A DNA stretch of 32,000 nt from Cuniculiplasma divulgatum (lineage in GTDB: Archaea; Thermoplasmatota; Thermoplasmata; Thermoplasmatales; Thermoplasmataceae). The position numbers were made by a program, and so were the translations under genes. Shown one piece after another: positions 23,535 to 31,802 of the stretch. Location of the stretch: positions 1,710,001-1,742,000 of the forward strand of contig NZ_LT671858.1 in assembly GCF_900083515.1 (NCBI RefSeq), read 5' to 3'. The number at the start of each line of letters is the position of its first letter. Positions within the stretch are counted from its first letter, which is position 1. The notes beneath the pieces are model-generated. The model worked only from the letters and a program-made list of their open reading frames with translations, was not told the DNA's origin and searched no databases.

Positions 23535-24057
23535 ATACAACATGGAGAAGAGACTTGGATCACTGTTTACCTATTACTCATATCCGATCCAGATAAGAAG
23601 GTCAATACACTCTTCAAACATAATAGAGAGGATGAATAGGGAGATCCGTAGAAGGATCAAGGTCATTGACTCACTGCCAACAGAGAACAGTGCAATGAAA
23701 ATTGTATACCTGAGAGCAGCAGAATTGAATGAGAGGTGGTCACACATTGTGATTAGAGACATTGTCAAAAAATAGTTGAAAAAATACTGATAGACTTCAG
23801 TTGAGAATTTGTCACTTCTCGACAGAGCCCCTAAAGAATGTAGTTTATACAATTTGTCAATTGTTAGCTCTGCGTATATTACCCGTGAAAATCAACTAAA
23901 AGTTGACAATGTCTGATTAGAGGATATTATAAATGCAAGGACGGGATCAGGGAAATGTTCCAGGAGAGGTATCCTTAAGTTTACACAAGATTCTGGACGG
24001 TATGGACAGACCTCTCAGAATGGAGAGATTCTTCTTTGTGTAACCTGAGAAATCCAT

Positions 24058-24491
24058 TCACAGGCGGTACGATTGATCTCTAATCCTGTTCTTTATTGCT
24101 GTCCTCTGCCTTACGAGGAAATTACGATTCCTGCAAATGTTCCTCGATTCGCCTATTTCTCCAGACGGAAGATAGGATTCAGGCGTGTATTCCTTCGTGT
24201 ATAGATCCAGCAATATATGTGCATCGTTTTTGCCCGTCTTGTTCATAGATTCTGCGATCAGTCTCACCTTCAGTGGATTGGCCACTTTGATCGTGTGGCG
24301 GGTAAGAATGAGACTAACTCGTCTATAGTGGGGGAGGCCTCCACTATAATCGTAGCTTCACTTATACTCTCAAGGAATCTGCTGAACTCCTCTCTGCTGG
24401 TAAGTACACACCCCTCCTTCACTATCTCACCATCCTTGTCGATTATTCCGTACGTTTTGTATTTCCCTACATCCATAGCTATGCTATACAT
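24058..24491 (-). pseudogene. IS110-family transposase, N-terminal fragment, frameshifted and truncated by the IS256 element
   Basis: MYSIAMDVGKYKTYGIIDKDGEIV... (24270-24491) and ANPLKVRLIAESMNKTGKNDAHILLDLY...RNRNFLVRQRTAIKNRI (24058-24285) lie in different frames. The coding sequence stops near the IS256 right end at 24009. Confidence 0.7.
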
Positions 24492-24580
24492 TTCTTATCA
24501 CCTTACCATGAGCTGCAGCATTATCTGACTTGCTGCAACTTCAACTAAGGGAAAAATCGAGCATCTCAGTCTAAAAACCA

Positions 24581-25398
24581 TTAACCGAAGACAATTTCCA
24601 GCTTGGGTATCCAATCTTTGATGACCCCGTATCGAGCGCATCTCATCCCGCCGAAATTCTCGTTGATAGATCCGCCCACAGTGGCTACGCTCACGTTGGA
24701 GGGATCAGGAGGAAAGAAGAAACCATGCTTCCTGCATCGGAAGTTCCACGAAAATTAAAAGGAGTTACCTACAAAAATGGCTTGTGTTACTATTTCCCTC
24801 GTTTATGATTCAATTTTTTTTTTCGTGGGTACATGCGTGCCGGTGTGCTGGATTGCCTCTGGTATGAACACTATATGAGATACATGGAACGCCATAAATA
24901 TTTCGTATGTTCGTGAGCATGTATATGAAGCGTTCAAAATATAACTTATTAAGTTGAATACAGGGAATTATGATAGTTTTCTATGGAAAATCTGATGGAA
25001 CTTCCGCTGCATGCTGCATCGGCTTCGAATAGAGTGGTGCCCGCTTCCGCGACCATGTAACCGTTCTCAATCGAGACCTCGATCCTGTTCATGCGTTTCA
25101 TGTCCAGCACTATCACTCCTTCCACCGGGACCACGGCACCGGTGGTGCTCAAGCCTCCACCCCTGACGACCACCGGAATCTTATGTCTTGCCGCGATGCC
25201 CATCGCTACGGTTACCTGGCCTGCGCTTTGTACCTGAAGCACTATCTCTGGCAGATGCTCGTAGCGATCTATGCTCCCTTTGCTGTAGAGGGACAATCTT
25301 GTTCTGTCCAGAAACACGTTCTCGCTCCCAAGCAGTTTTTCAAATGCAACTATGACCTTTTTCGAAATCATGTATTCTCCATCCCAAAGAGTTGGCAT
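24581..25398 (-). pseudogene. FAD-binding oxidase (GlcD-like, FAD_binding_4-type N-terminus), split by a MITE and 3'-truncated
   Basis: The N-terminal fragment is ...PEIVLQVQSAGQVTVAMGIAARHKIPVVVRGGGLSTTGAVVP...AEAGTTLFEADAAC. Removing 24738-25012 restores the frame into RKHGFFFPPDPSNVSVATVGGSINENFGGMRCARYGVIKDW..., which then stops prematurely at 24581-24583. The start codon is uncertain (25371 or 25398). Confidence 0.7.
24738..25006. mobile_element. 269-bp MITE, a non-autonomous derivative of the IS1634-family element
   Basis: It has the same 11-bp termini as the full IS (CGGAAGTTCCA at 24738-24748, TGGAACTTCCG at 24996-25006). A 6-bp target duplication CTGCAT lies at 24732-24737 and 25007-25012. 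An internal T-run (gattcaattttttttttcgtgg) resembles the subterminal region of the IS right end. Confidence 0.8.
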
Positions 25399-25675
25399 CT
25401 TATAGCTTTTATTTGGGATATAACCATTCGATGATTGCCGGAAAATTTCTCTATGTTTTCCCAAGAGTGCCATGGTTTCCACGCTTAGCGATGGAGAACT
25501 TTGTTAATTATGGGCCTGGTTTCCAGTTGGATCTGCATTCAGGGGGATGTAAAAGGGTGCGAATATTGTTTCCCCCGGTTGCAGGAAGAGAGCAATCAGC
25601 ATAGGACTCACCTGATCCGATCGCACGTCTTTACATGTACAACGTGTACAAGTGGCCATTCGTAACCCCATTGCC

Positions 25676-26152
25676 TTAAATGGAAGCTTTCCCTCGCGGG
25701 AGGATAGCCGCTGAATAGACTAGGAAAAAGTATGAGATTACTGCCACGATGAATCCAATTGACATAGCAAAGGAGAAGACGTTATCCTGAAAGCCGGAAA
25801 AAAGGAACAGAAGGCCGCTTATGCCTGCCAAGAGGATTGAGAGTGATGCAACTGCGCTTATGGCAGCCGACCTGAAATCTGCCCTCATGATAGCCAATAC
25901 AAATATCATCAGGGAAAGGAGCCCGATGAGGACGCCATTCATCATATGAATCATTAGCTCGGGCACCGATATCATAACAGTCATCATAGCATAGGGTTGA
26001 AACGCTACCCGAGCGGTAGGGAACGGTGCGAAGAGGTTCATCCATATCCCGAACACAAACTGCACGGCGAGAAGCAACAGTTCTATCGCTATGACCACTA
26101 TAAAGAAACTCATGCCCTGCTCGTTTACAGAATTTGCATGCGTCCCTGACAT
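25676..26152 (-). CDS. Polytopic membrane protein of unknown function
   Basis: 158-aa ORF with 4-5 hydrophobic segments. The overlapping alternative-frame ORF 25782-26165 is Arg/Cys-rich and implausible. Confidence 0.55.
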   Translation of the reverse strand: MSGTHANSVNEQGMSFFIVVIAIELLLLAVQFVFGIWMNLFAPFPTARVAFQPYAMMTVMISVPELMIHMMNGVLIGLLSLMIFVLAIMRADFRSAAISAVASLSILLAGISGLLFLFSGFQDNVFSFAMSIGFIVAVISYFFLVYSAAILPRGKASI

Positions 26153-26196
26153 CGGTTCTAGCCATGCTTCAAATATTAATAAGGATTCCCATTAAC

Positions 26197-27691
26197 CGTA
26201 ACTGGTCAGTCTGATGTGCCCGATCCTTTCATCCCGGTTTAGCACTCCTTTTTATTACGGATGACGTATCTGTAATGAAGCTTTTTCCCCTCAGCTTTGA
26301 TGTGTAATATACGGAAAAGATCTTCGTATAGATATCAGCGCCTCTATCTGATCTGGATCCGCCTGATATTTTCCTGTATATGACCGAAGGTCTCAGTGCC
26401 CTCTCTGCCCTGTTGTTTGTCGCTTCAACATCAGGATCAATGACGAAACGGAACAACCACTCCTTCTTCCGTTTCAGAAGATTCTTAACAAACTTTCTCG
26501 ATCTCGCGTTTTCATAATCTGTATCCAGGAGGAAGACAAGTCTGTGGTAAAGATTCTCAACATCATCCATGGTGCCATGGCCATGGAATCCCTTTGCCTC
26601 ATCATATACTGATTGAATGGATCTCTTTATTCCTGATCCCTCCTCACCGTAGAACTGTTCCAGTTCCTTTGCATCACAGATTATGTGAGACCAGCAGTAC
26701 TGCTGATTGTTGCCTGTCTCTTTGGCAAGTGTTTCGAATGCGGAATGCCTGTCATGAACATCGGTTCCATTATGTTCACCGAGAACCTCCATGGGAACAT
26801 CATGGCCGTTTCCCCTGGATATGTGGAATATGGCCTCTGTCTCTGTGAGAAATGTCCAGAGGTTGTAATTATCGCCGTCAATCCTCCATGAAGTGGAATC
26901 CATGTGGCGGTAGGATGATTCCCTGATACTGTCCAGCAACCTGGTATATTCATCTCCAAGTGCATTGGAGAGTTGTGACAGGATATTCTGTATCTCCCCT
27001 TCTGATACATGGATGCCGAATACCTCTTTCATCATCCTCGAAACGTTCTCAATGCTTATTCTCATGCCTATGCGGAAGTAGGCAACGGTGATCATTGCCC
27101 TCAGTGATAATGTTGCATTGGGAAATGCATCGGGTATTTCTGGTTCATATACCCTGTGGCATTTTGTGCAGTATAATCGATCCATACTGTACTCTATGAT
27201 ATCAGGTTTTATGACCGGGATATCCTCTATGATCCTTGACCTTGATCCCTTTCTCCTCAGGGGGGAATGGCACTCGGGGCATTCCTTCAGATCCAGGTGG
27301 ATCCTTATGCTTTCTGTTGGCTTTTTTCTGATCCTGAAGTGCCCGGGGTGACCTTCCTGTGATCCCGGTTCTCTCTTCCCAGGGTTTTCATGATCCATGA
27401 TGTCAGGTTTTACATCCTGTGGTACTGCAATGTCATAGGTCTTTCCATTCTTCACACCTACGGTTGCAGGATGTCTCTTTTTGTATTCCTCAAGTTCCCT
27501 GTTTTTGTCCTCCAGACGTTTTCTCAATTGATCGAAGGCCCTGAGAATCTTATCAATCATGTCCTGGTCTCCGGGTGTTTCGGCAAGTAATTTAATCATT
27601 CTAATAATATAATGCATTACTTATATATAGACCTTTCGGTTCATAACACTGCGTCAGAATAAAAGTGTGGCACAAGGGACTGAACTGTTAC
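26197..27691 (-). mobile_element. IS66-family insertion sequence (single-ORF type, 1495 bp)
   Basis: Terminal inverted repeats GTAACTGGTCAGTCTGATGTGCC and GTAACAGTTCAGTCCCTTGTGCC (18/23). An 8-bp target duplication CATTAACC lies at 26189-26196 and 27692-27699. Confidence 0.85.
26229..27617 (-). CDS. IS66-family transposase
   Basis: 462-aa intact ORF with an N-terminal coiled coil, a zinc-finger CPECHSPL...CTKCH, a DDE region (HMDSTSWRIDG..., VHDRHSAF, CWSHIICD) and the C-terminal ATNNRAERALRP motif. Confidence 0.85.
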   Translation of the reverse strand: MHYIIRMIKLLAETPGDQDMIDKILRAFDQLRKRLEDKNRELEEYKKRHPATVGVKNGKTYDIAVPQDVKPDIMDHENPGKREPGSQEGHPGHFRIRKKPTESIRIHLDLKECPECHSPLRRKGSRSRIIEDIPVIKPDIIEYSMDRLYCTKCHRVYEPEIPDAFPNATLSLRAMITVAYFRIGMRISIENVSRMMKEVFGIHVSEGEIQNILSQLSNALGDEYTRLLDSIRESSYRHMDSTSWRIDGDNYNLWTFLTETEAIFHISRGNGHDVPMEVLGEHNGTDVHDRHSAFETLAKETGNNQQYCWSHIICDAKELEQFYGEEGSGIKRSIQSVYDEAKGFHGHGTMDDVENLYHRLVFLLDTDYENARSRKFVKNLLKRKKEWLFRFVIDPDVEATNNRAERALRPSVIYRKISGGSRSDRGADIYTKIFSVYYTSKLRGKSFITDTSSVIKRSAKPG

Positions 27692-27699
27692 CATTAACC

Positions 27700-29131
27700 C
27701 ACACTCTCCGCATGTCCAACCGGATCAGACATGCATAATTCATCGGGAATGTAGTTTATTACCATACAAAAGGTTCTCATTATTTATTTATCCTGGCAGA
27801 CGACTTAAAATTAGGGGGATTAATATTGTATTATGAAGACACAAAATAACGCCCCGTTGTGTAATGTAAAGGATACAAAAGAATTTTTCTCCTCAGCCTT
27901 GAAGAACATGTTCGCACCTGTCATTAAGGAACATTCCATCTATACTGAAGGCGATGTATCAGGAACACTGAGGAATACCATTGCAGATCATCTGTACATT
28001 GAAACATATGTGAGAAATTACGGAGATACAGGAACACCATCAGGTGATACCATGTTCAGGCTGTTGAAGGGAATTGCCTCTGAATCAGGTTCACACAGGA
28101 GAAAAGGATCTGACAGGAATAAGAAGAGGAAAACAGTGAGAACTGGAATACAAACGATAGAGTCACTGCTGGATCTCATCGTTAAGAAGGCAATCTCCAT
28201 GGGTGCCTTCTCAACAGCCGTGAATGTTGCAATAGACGAACATGACCATCCATATTATGGTGCTGACAGCAGATATCTCATGGGTGTGGGATCAAAGAAG
28301 TTCAGGGGTACAGACAGGGCATACAGATTTGCAACACTGGAATCTGTGAAGAGGGGTGAGAGGTCTGTACTTTCAGTCATGCGACATGATCAGCCTGACG
28401 GTATTGACAGTTCCAGGGAGGTAGAGACACCTATTGAACATGCGGTGGAACCTGGAATAAAGATCAACATCATTCTCATGGATCGTGGCTATCTGGATGC
28501 AGGTGTGATGAATAATGTGGATACCATGGGGATGAAATACATTGTACCTGCAAGGGACAGTCCAAGGGTGTTGAGATTAAAGAAAAAGGATACGAATTAC
28601 TCTGAAAGGAGAGAGGTGGCTAAGGCCAGCTTCGTACATGTGAAATACCATAAGGACGGTAAACTTCATGATTTCTCATTTTATACAAACATTGAGGTCA
28701 CTGAAGACCTGTTGAGAATCTTGCAGAGATATACCGGGAAAGGTGGAGTATTGAGAATGGTTATGGAGAGAAGATGGTACTTGAGGAGAAGAGACATTCC
28801 CCTGACATTGGCGTGAGATATTTCATATTCTATTTTTCAGTGCTGATCTATAATTTATGGACTCATAAATCTCATGAGAAGTCTTTCAGGACTGGAATGG
28901 ATCATATTCATGGATTTCGTAATAGACATGAAAATGGGGAGATGGGGATCAATAACCGGTGATTTTGGATAAAGTTGAAATCAAATTCAGGTCCTGGAAG
29001 GATAGAGAAGGAAGATCAACAGCCATGGCTATGATCATGAATCACATGAAGAGATGCTGTCATGAAAAGTGAAATAAGATTGGTGAAACTAGAAAATTAA
29101 GTGTCAGTTATCAACACACGCGGAGAGTGTG
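27700..29131 (+). mobile_element. ISH3/IS4-like insertion sequence (about 1.43 kb) with a degraded transposase
   Basis: Terminal inverted repeats are CACACTCTCCGCATGT at the left end (27700-) and CACACTCTCCGCGTGT as the reverse complement of the right end (ending at 29131). I found no clear target duplication. Confidence 0.7.
27833..28962 (+). pseudogene. DDE transposase (ISH3/IS4-like), frameshifted
   Basis: Frame 1 contains VAIDEHDHPYYG and IILMDRGYLD. The third catalytic block, EIYRERWSIENGY...VRYFIFYFSVLIYNLW, lies in the frame of ORF 28774-28962. A frameshift therefore falls at roughly 28700-28740. Confidence 0.7.
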
Positions 29132-29147
29132 AATGAATAGGAATATG

Positions 29148-29154
29148 TATATAT
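29148..29154 (+). promoter_or_regulatory. TATA box candidate for cassette 2
   Basis: TATATAT is centred about 29 nt upstream of the ATG at 29180. Confidence 0.35.
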
Positions 29155-29179
29155 GGTGTGGTGATTTGTTTTTATTATT

Positions 29180-29800
29180 ATGGCAAAGAGAATAAATAGT
29201 ATAAAGGTTGTCCATTTTGATGAAACTACTGAAAATGGTGTCAGAACACAGCAAGCATCTGTACTTATTGAAATTGAAGGCGAAAGACCTAAATTAATTC
29301 AGGGAACGCAAGTATTGAAAGGAGATGTAAACGGTAAACACACTATCAGCTATACTATATTCAATGGAAGAAATATTGGGAAAGCAACCTACTCCATAAA
29401 TACAATGGAAAAGAATGAAAATGATTCAAAACTAAAAATTGTGGGCATTAGTGAGGGAAAAGTTTGTTGCGGGAATAGTAAACCGATAGACACAACATTA
29501 GTGGTACCTAATAAAACATACTCAAGCAATGATCCATCTATTCAATGCGACATTTGTCAGGAATTAGTTAAGGAAATATGCGAGGAATTGGCAGACGGCA
29601 TACCTTCGGATGAGATATGTGCGGACGTATGTGTTGCGGGAGCAGGAGATATTTGCTTATTATTTGTTGAAACCTTAATCGGTTACCTTATCTGTCTATC
29701 AATTTGCGCCTCTCTCTGTGCACTGGCAATAGAGGAAATAACAGATTACGGTTGTAGCGTGGGAGCCGAGTACATATGCCAAAAGGTAGGTGTATGCTAG
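29180..29800 (+). CDS. Cysteine-rich protein, paralogue of 3043-3684 (halocin C8-like C-terminal domain, 12 Cys)
   Basis: 206 aa. The C-terminus DPSIQCDICQELVKEICEELADG...ICLLFVE...GYLICLSICASLCALAIEEITDYGCSVGAEYICQKVGVC aligns with cassette 1 through DP..I.C.IC, LADG, and GA.YIC.K..GC. Confidence 0.75.
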   Translation: MAKRINSIKVVHFDETTENGVRTQQASVLIEIEGERPKLIQGTQVLKGDVNGKHTISYTIFNGRNIGKATYSINTMEKNENDSKLKIVGISEGKVCCGNSKPIDTTLVVPNKTYSSNDPSIQCDICQELVKEICEELADGIPSDEICADVCVAGAGDICLLFVETLIGYLICLSICASLCALAIEEITDYGCSVGAEYICQKVGVC

Positions 29801-29820
29801 ATGGTTTACATTAACGTGGG

Positions 29821-30072
29821 ATGATTATAGTGGTAAAATATCATAAACCAGTTAGTTATTTGAGTCTTATCGCAGGTTTCCTCTTCATAGCGTTTTTATT
29901 AATCGGAGCAATTGCGATAATAGTCATACATTCACATGTTCTGGCCTTTATTGATCTGGGTTTGTTACCGGTAATCGTAATTGTGGGAACAGTAGGATAT
30001 ATAAAAAGCCTAAAAAGCGGTTCAAGACAAGAGAGAATGAGAGAACTCTTTGAAAATTCAAAGAGGAAGTGA
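29821..30072 (+). CDS. Small two-TM membrane protein with a basic tail, paralogue of 4265-4519
   Basis: 83 aa with the same position, length and topology as its paralogue, and a conserved SG..RQ.R..E.F tail. Confidence 0.65.
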   Translation: MIIVVKYHKPVSYLSLIAGFLFIAFLLIGAIAIIVIHSHVLAFIDLGLLPVIVIVGTVGYIKSLKSGSRQERMRELFENSKRK

Positions 30073-30075
30073 AAA

Positions 30076-30285
30076 ATGGTTTCAAAACACGTTCACAGGT
30101 ATATCATAGGAGGGGTGGCCATATTTTTCATAGTTTATGTGCTAGTAGCAAATGCCTATCTTAGTTTCAGGGACTTTGCATTGTATGCAGCGTTGCCTTC
30201 ATTAGTGATAATGATTGCTCTTGCCTTTTTTTACCGCTATCTTGAAAACAGTATCAAATTTGAGCGGAGGACAGGAACTCAATAA
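30076..30285 (+). CDS. Small two-TM membrane protein, paralogue of 4557-4781
   Basis: 69 aa starting 3 nt after the upstream stop. The N-terminus is MVSKHVHRY vs MLSKYPHH. Confidence 0.6.
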   Translation: MVSKHVHRYIIGGVAIFFIVYVLVANAYLSFRDFALYAALPSLVIMIALAFFYRYLENSIKFERRTGTQ

Positions 30286-30417
30286 CCCGAAAGAAAAGTA
30301 TGAGGGGTTGGGGAAAGAGATGGTATTATAGTCTTTATCATAACATTGTACCCTTATTATACATAACGTAATAATTACTGCCGCATATATTTAAATATTC
30401 AAAATTGTTATATAATT

Positions 30418-30918
30418 ATGAAACGGCTTGAAATAAACAACGCAAAGGAGATGTCTGTTGCTATACGGAATGAGATATTCCGTTCTGAGGAATCAAGGTA
30501 TGATCACCGACTGCACGGCCTTCTGCTCGTCAGTGAGGGAATGAGCTGCTATGAAGCTGGAAATATATTCGGGGAAGATCCCAGAACCGTAGAGAGATGG
30601 GTTAAGAGATTCAACGAGAAAGGTTTCAACGCCCTCAGGGAAGGAGTGAGATCCGGACGGCATTCAAGGCTTACGCCTCAGCAAATGGATCAGATAGGCA
30701 GCGATCTGAGAAAGAATCCGGGAGAATTCGGATATGATCAGAATCTCTGGGATGGGAAACTTCTCATGCACCACATATGGGAGAAGTTTCATGTGAAGAT
30801 TGGTGTAAGGACATGCCAGCTCATATTTCACAGGCTTGAATTCAGGAGGAGAAAACCAAGAGGAATCATAGCCAAAGGCGATCCTGATGAACAGTACGCT
30901 TTTAAAAAAACTCTCTGA
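30418..30918 (+). CDS. IS630-family transposase, N-terminal HTH part (ORF A)
   Basis: The sequence EAGNIFGEDPRTVERWVKRFNEKGFNALREG...LWDGKLLMHHIWEKFHVKIGVRTCQLIFHRLEF shows the paired HTH architecture. It ends just after an A7 run. Confidence 0.75.
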   Translation: MKRLEINNAKEMSVAIRNEIFRSEESRYDHRLHGLLLVSEGMSCYEAGNIFGEDPRTVERWVKRFNEKGFNALREGVRSGRHSRLTPQQMDQIGSDLRKNPGEFGYDQNLWDGKLLMHHIWEKFHVKIGVRTCQLIFHRLEFRRRKPRGIIAKGDPDEQYAFKKTL

Positions 30919-31453
30919 GGATCTGAAGAGAGGCGATACGGATATATGGTCACTGGATGAATGCCATTTCTACCAGCATGGAACCACCCTGGCCATGTGG
31001 ATACCACCTGAAGACAAGGATCCAACAGTATTACAGTATCCCACAAGGAAAGGTGTCAGCGTATTCGGTGCAGTGAACATCAGGACGGGAGAATTCGTTG
31101 GCATGATGTCTAATGTATTCAACGCCATAACTTTCAGCAGATTTCTTACCGTCCTGATGAAAAGGGGGAAGGGAAAGAAGATGCAGATCATCCTGGACAA
31201 CGCCAGGTACCATCATGCAAAGTTGATCCTTCCATGGCTGGAGGAACACAAAGATCAGCTGTTCCTTGACTTTCTACCACCATACTCACCGAAACTGAAT
31301 CCCATAGAGAGGGTTTGGAAGCTCCTGAAAAAATTGAGGTTACATAACCAGTATTTTCCTGACCTGAAAGGAGTTATAAGAGTGGTTGCAAAACAGTTCC
31401 TGTTATGGAATGGGGAGAATGGAACCCTCAGAACACTATGCTACATGGAATGA
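30887..31453 (+). CDS. IS630-family transposase, DDE catalytic part (ORF B, +1 frame relative to ORF A)
   Basis: DIWSLDECHF (D), ILDNARYHHA (D) and PPYSPKLNPIERVWKLLK (E) are present. It overlaps ORF A across the A7 run at 30904-30910. Confidence 0.75.
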   Translation: MNSTLLKKLSEDLKRGDTDIWSLDECHFYQHGTTLAMWIPPEDKDPTVLQYPTRKGVSVFGAVNIRTGEFVGMMSNVFNAITFSRFLTVLMKRGKGKKMQIILDNARYHHAKLILPWLEEHKDQLFLDFLPPYSPKLNPIERVWKLLKKLRLHNQYFPDLKGVIRVVAKQFLLWNGENGTLRTLCYME

Positions 31454-31481
31454 TTGTGTGTATGCGGTAATACTTATTTCG

Positions 31482-31802
31482 TTATGTATAGTTAACAAAC
31501 ATCTCCACCCATCTTTTACAGAAGGATTTGCTTTTTGAGAATTCAATGAAGCTTGCTTTAACAGTATCAACCATCATTTCCTGGTCTTTCGCAAATGTAT
31601 GTGACACTACTTTCTTGATGAATTTCCATATGATTTCTATTGGATTCAGTTGTGGTGAATACGGAGGAAGAAATACCAGTTCAATGTCCAGTATCTCTGC
31701 GGTTATTGCAACATTCTCTGTTCTGTGGGCAAAGAAGTTATCCAGTATGAGAATGATATGATTGAACGGATTACTGTATCTTATCTCATTCAGGAAATCC
31801 AT
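31482..31802 (-). pseudogene. Fragment of a second IS630-family transposase (C-terminal DDE part only)
   Basis: ILILDNFFAHRT...FLPPYSPQLNPIEIIWKFIKK. No N-terminal half lies upstream, and the 3' end abuts the inverted repeat of the neighbouring IS630 element. Confidence 0.65.

Larger units (their letters stand above)
20847..23775 (+). pseudogene. IS256-family (mutator-type) transposase, disrupted by an in-frame TGA and by the IS1634 insertion
   Basis: The N-terminal part is 20847-21464. It reads on in the same frame after the TGA at 21462-21464 (IAD*IPKLDEEIKKIFPRADFQLCTVHASRN...KYPRPLYN) to 21694. It resumes seamlessly at 23541 (MEKRLGSLFTYYSYPIQIRRSIHSSNIIERMNREIRRR...) once the nested IS and one TSD copy are removed. 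Confidence 0.8.
20721..24009 (+). mobile_element. IS256-family insertion sequence, inactivated (about 1.44 kb without the nested IS)
   Basis: Imperfect terminal inverted repeats. The left end is TCTGTCAGGACAGTGTCATAGATCTTGTGTAAA. The reverse complement of the right end is TCTGTCCATACCGTCCAGAATCTTGTGTAAA, with a 2-nt indel. A mutator-type transposase lies inside. I found no clear target duplication. Confidence 0.7.
30360..31488 (+). mobile_element. IS630-family insertion sequence
   Basis: Terminal inverted repeats of about 31 bp: TACATAACGTAATAATTACTGCCGCATA on the left and TACATAACGAAATAAGTATTACCGCATA as the reverse complement of the right end. TA dinucleotides flank both ends, which is the usual TA target duplication of this family. 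Confidence 0.8.

Noticed and set aside
24578-24587. ccattaaccg shared with the IS66 target duplication region (26188-26197), a possible third copy of a target site or a recombination scar.
   Set aside because: It is only a 10-mer with no IS66 terminal repeat adjacent, and it lies at the stop of the truncated oxidase fragment. It is most simply a coincidence or a mild AT-rich target preference.
25782-26165. 127-aa minus-strand ORF overlapping the membrane protein gene 25676-26152 in another frame.
   Set aside because: The translation is Arg/Cys/Asp-rich and implausible. The alternative frame gives a coherent polytopic membrane protein.
26594-27590. Plus-strand ORFs inside the IS66 transposase gene (26594-26848, 26685-26891, 27088-27351, 27390-27590).
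   Set aside because: They are antisense to an intact, motif-rich 462-aa transposase and carry no motifs of their own.
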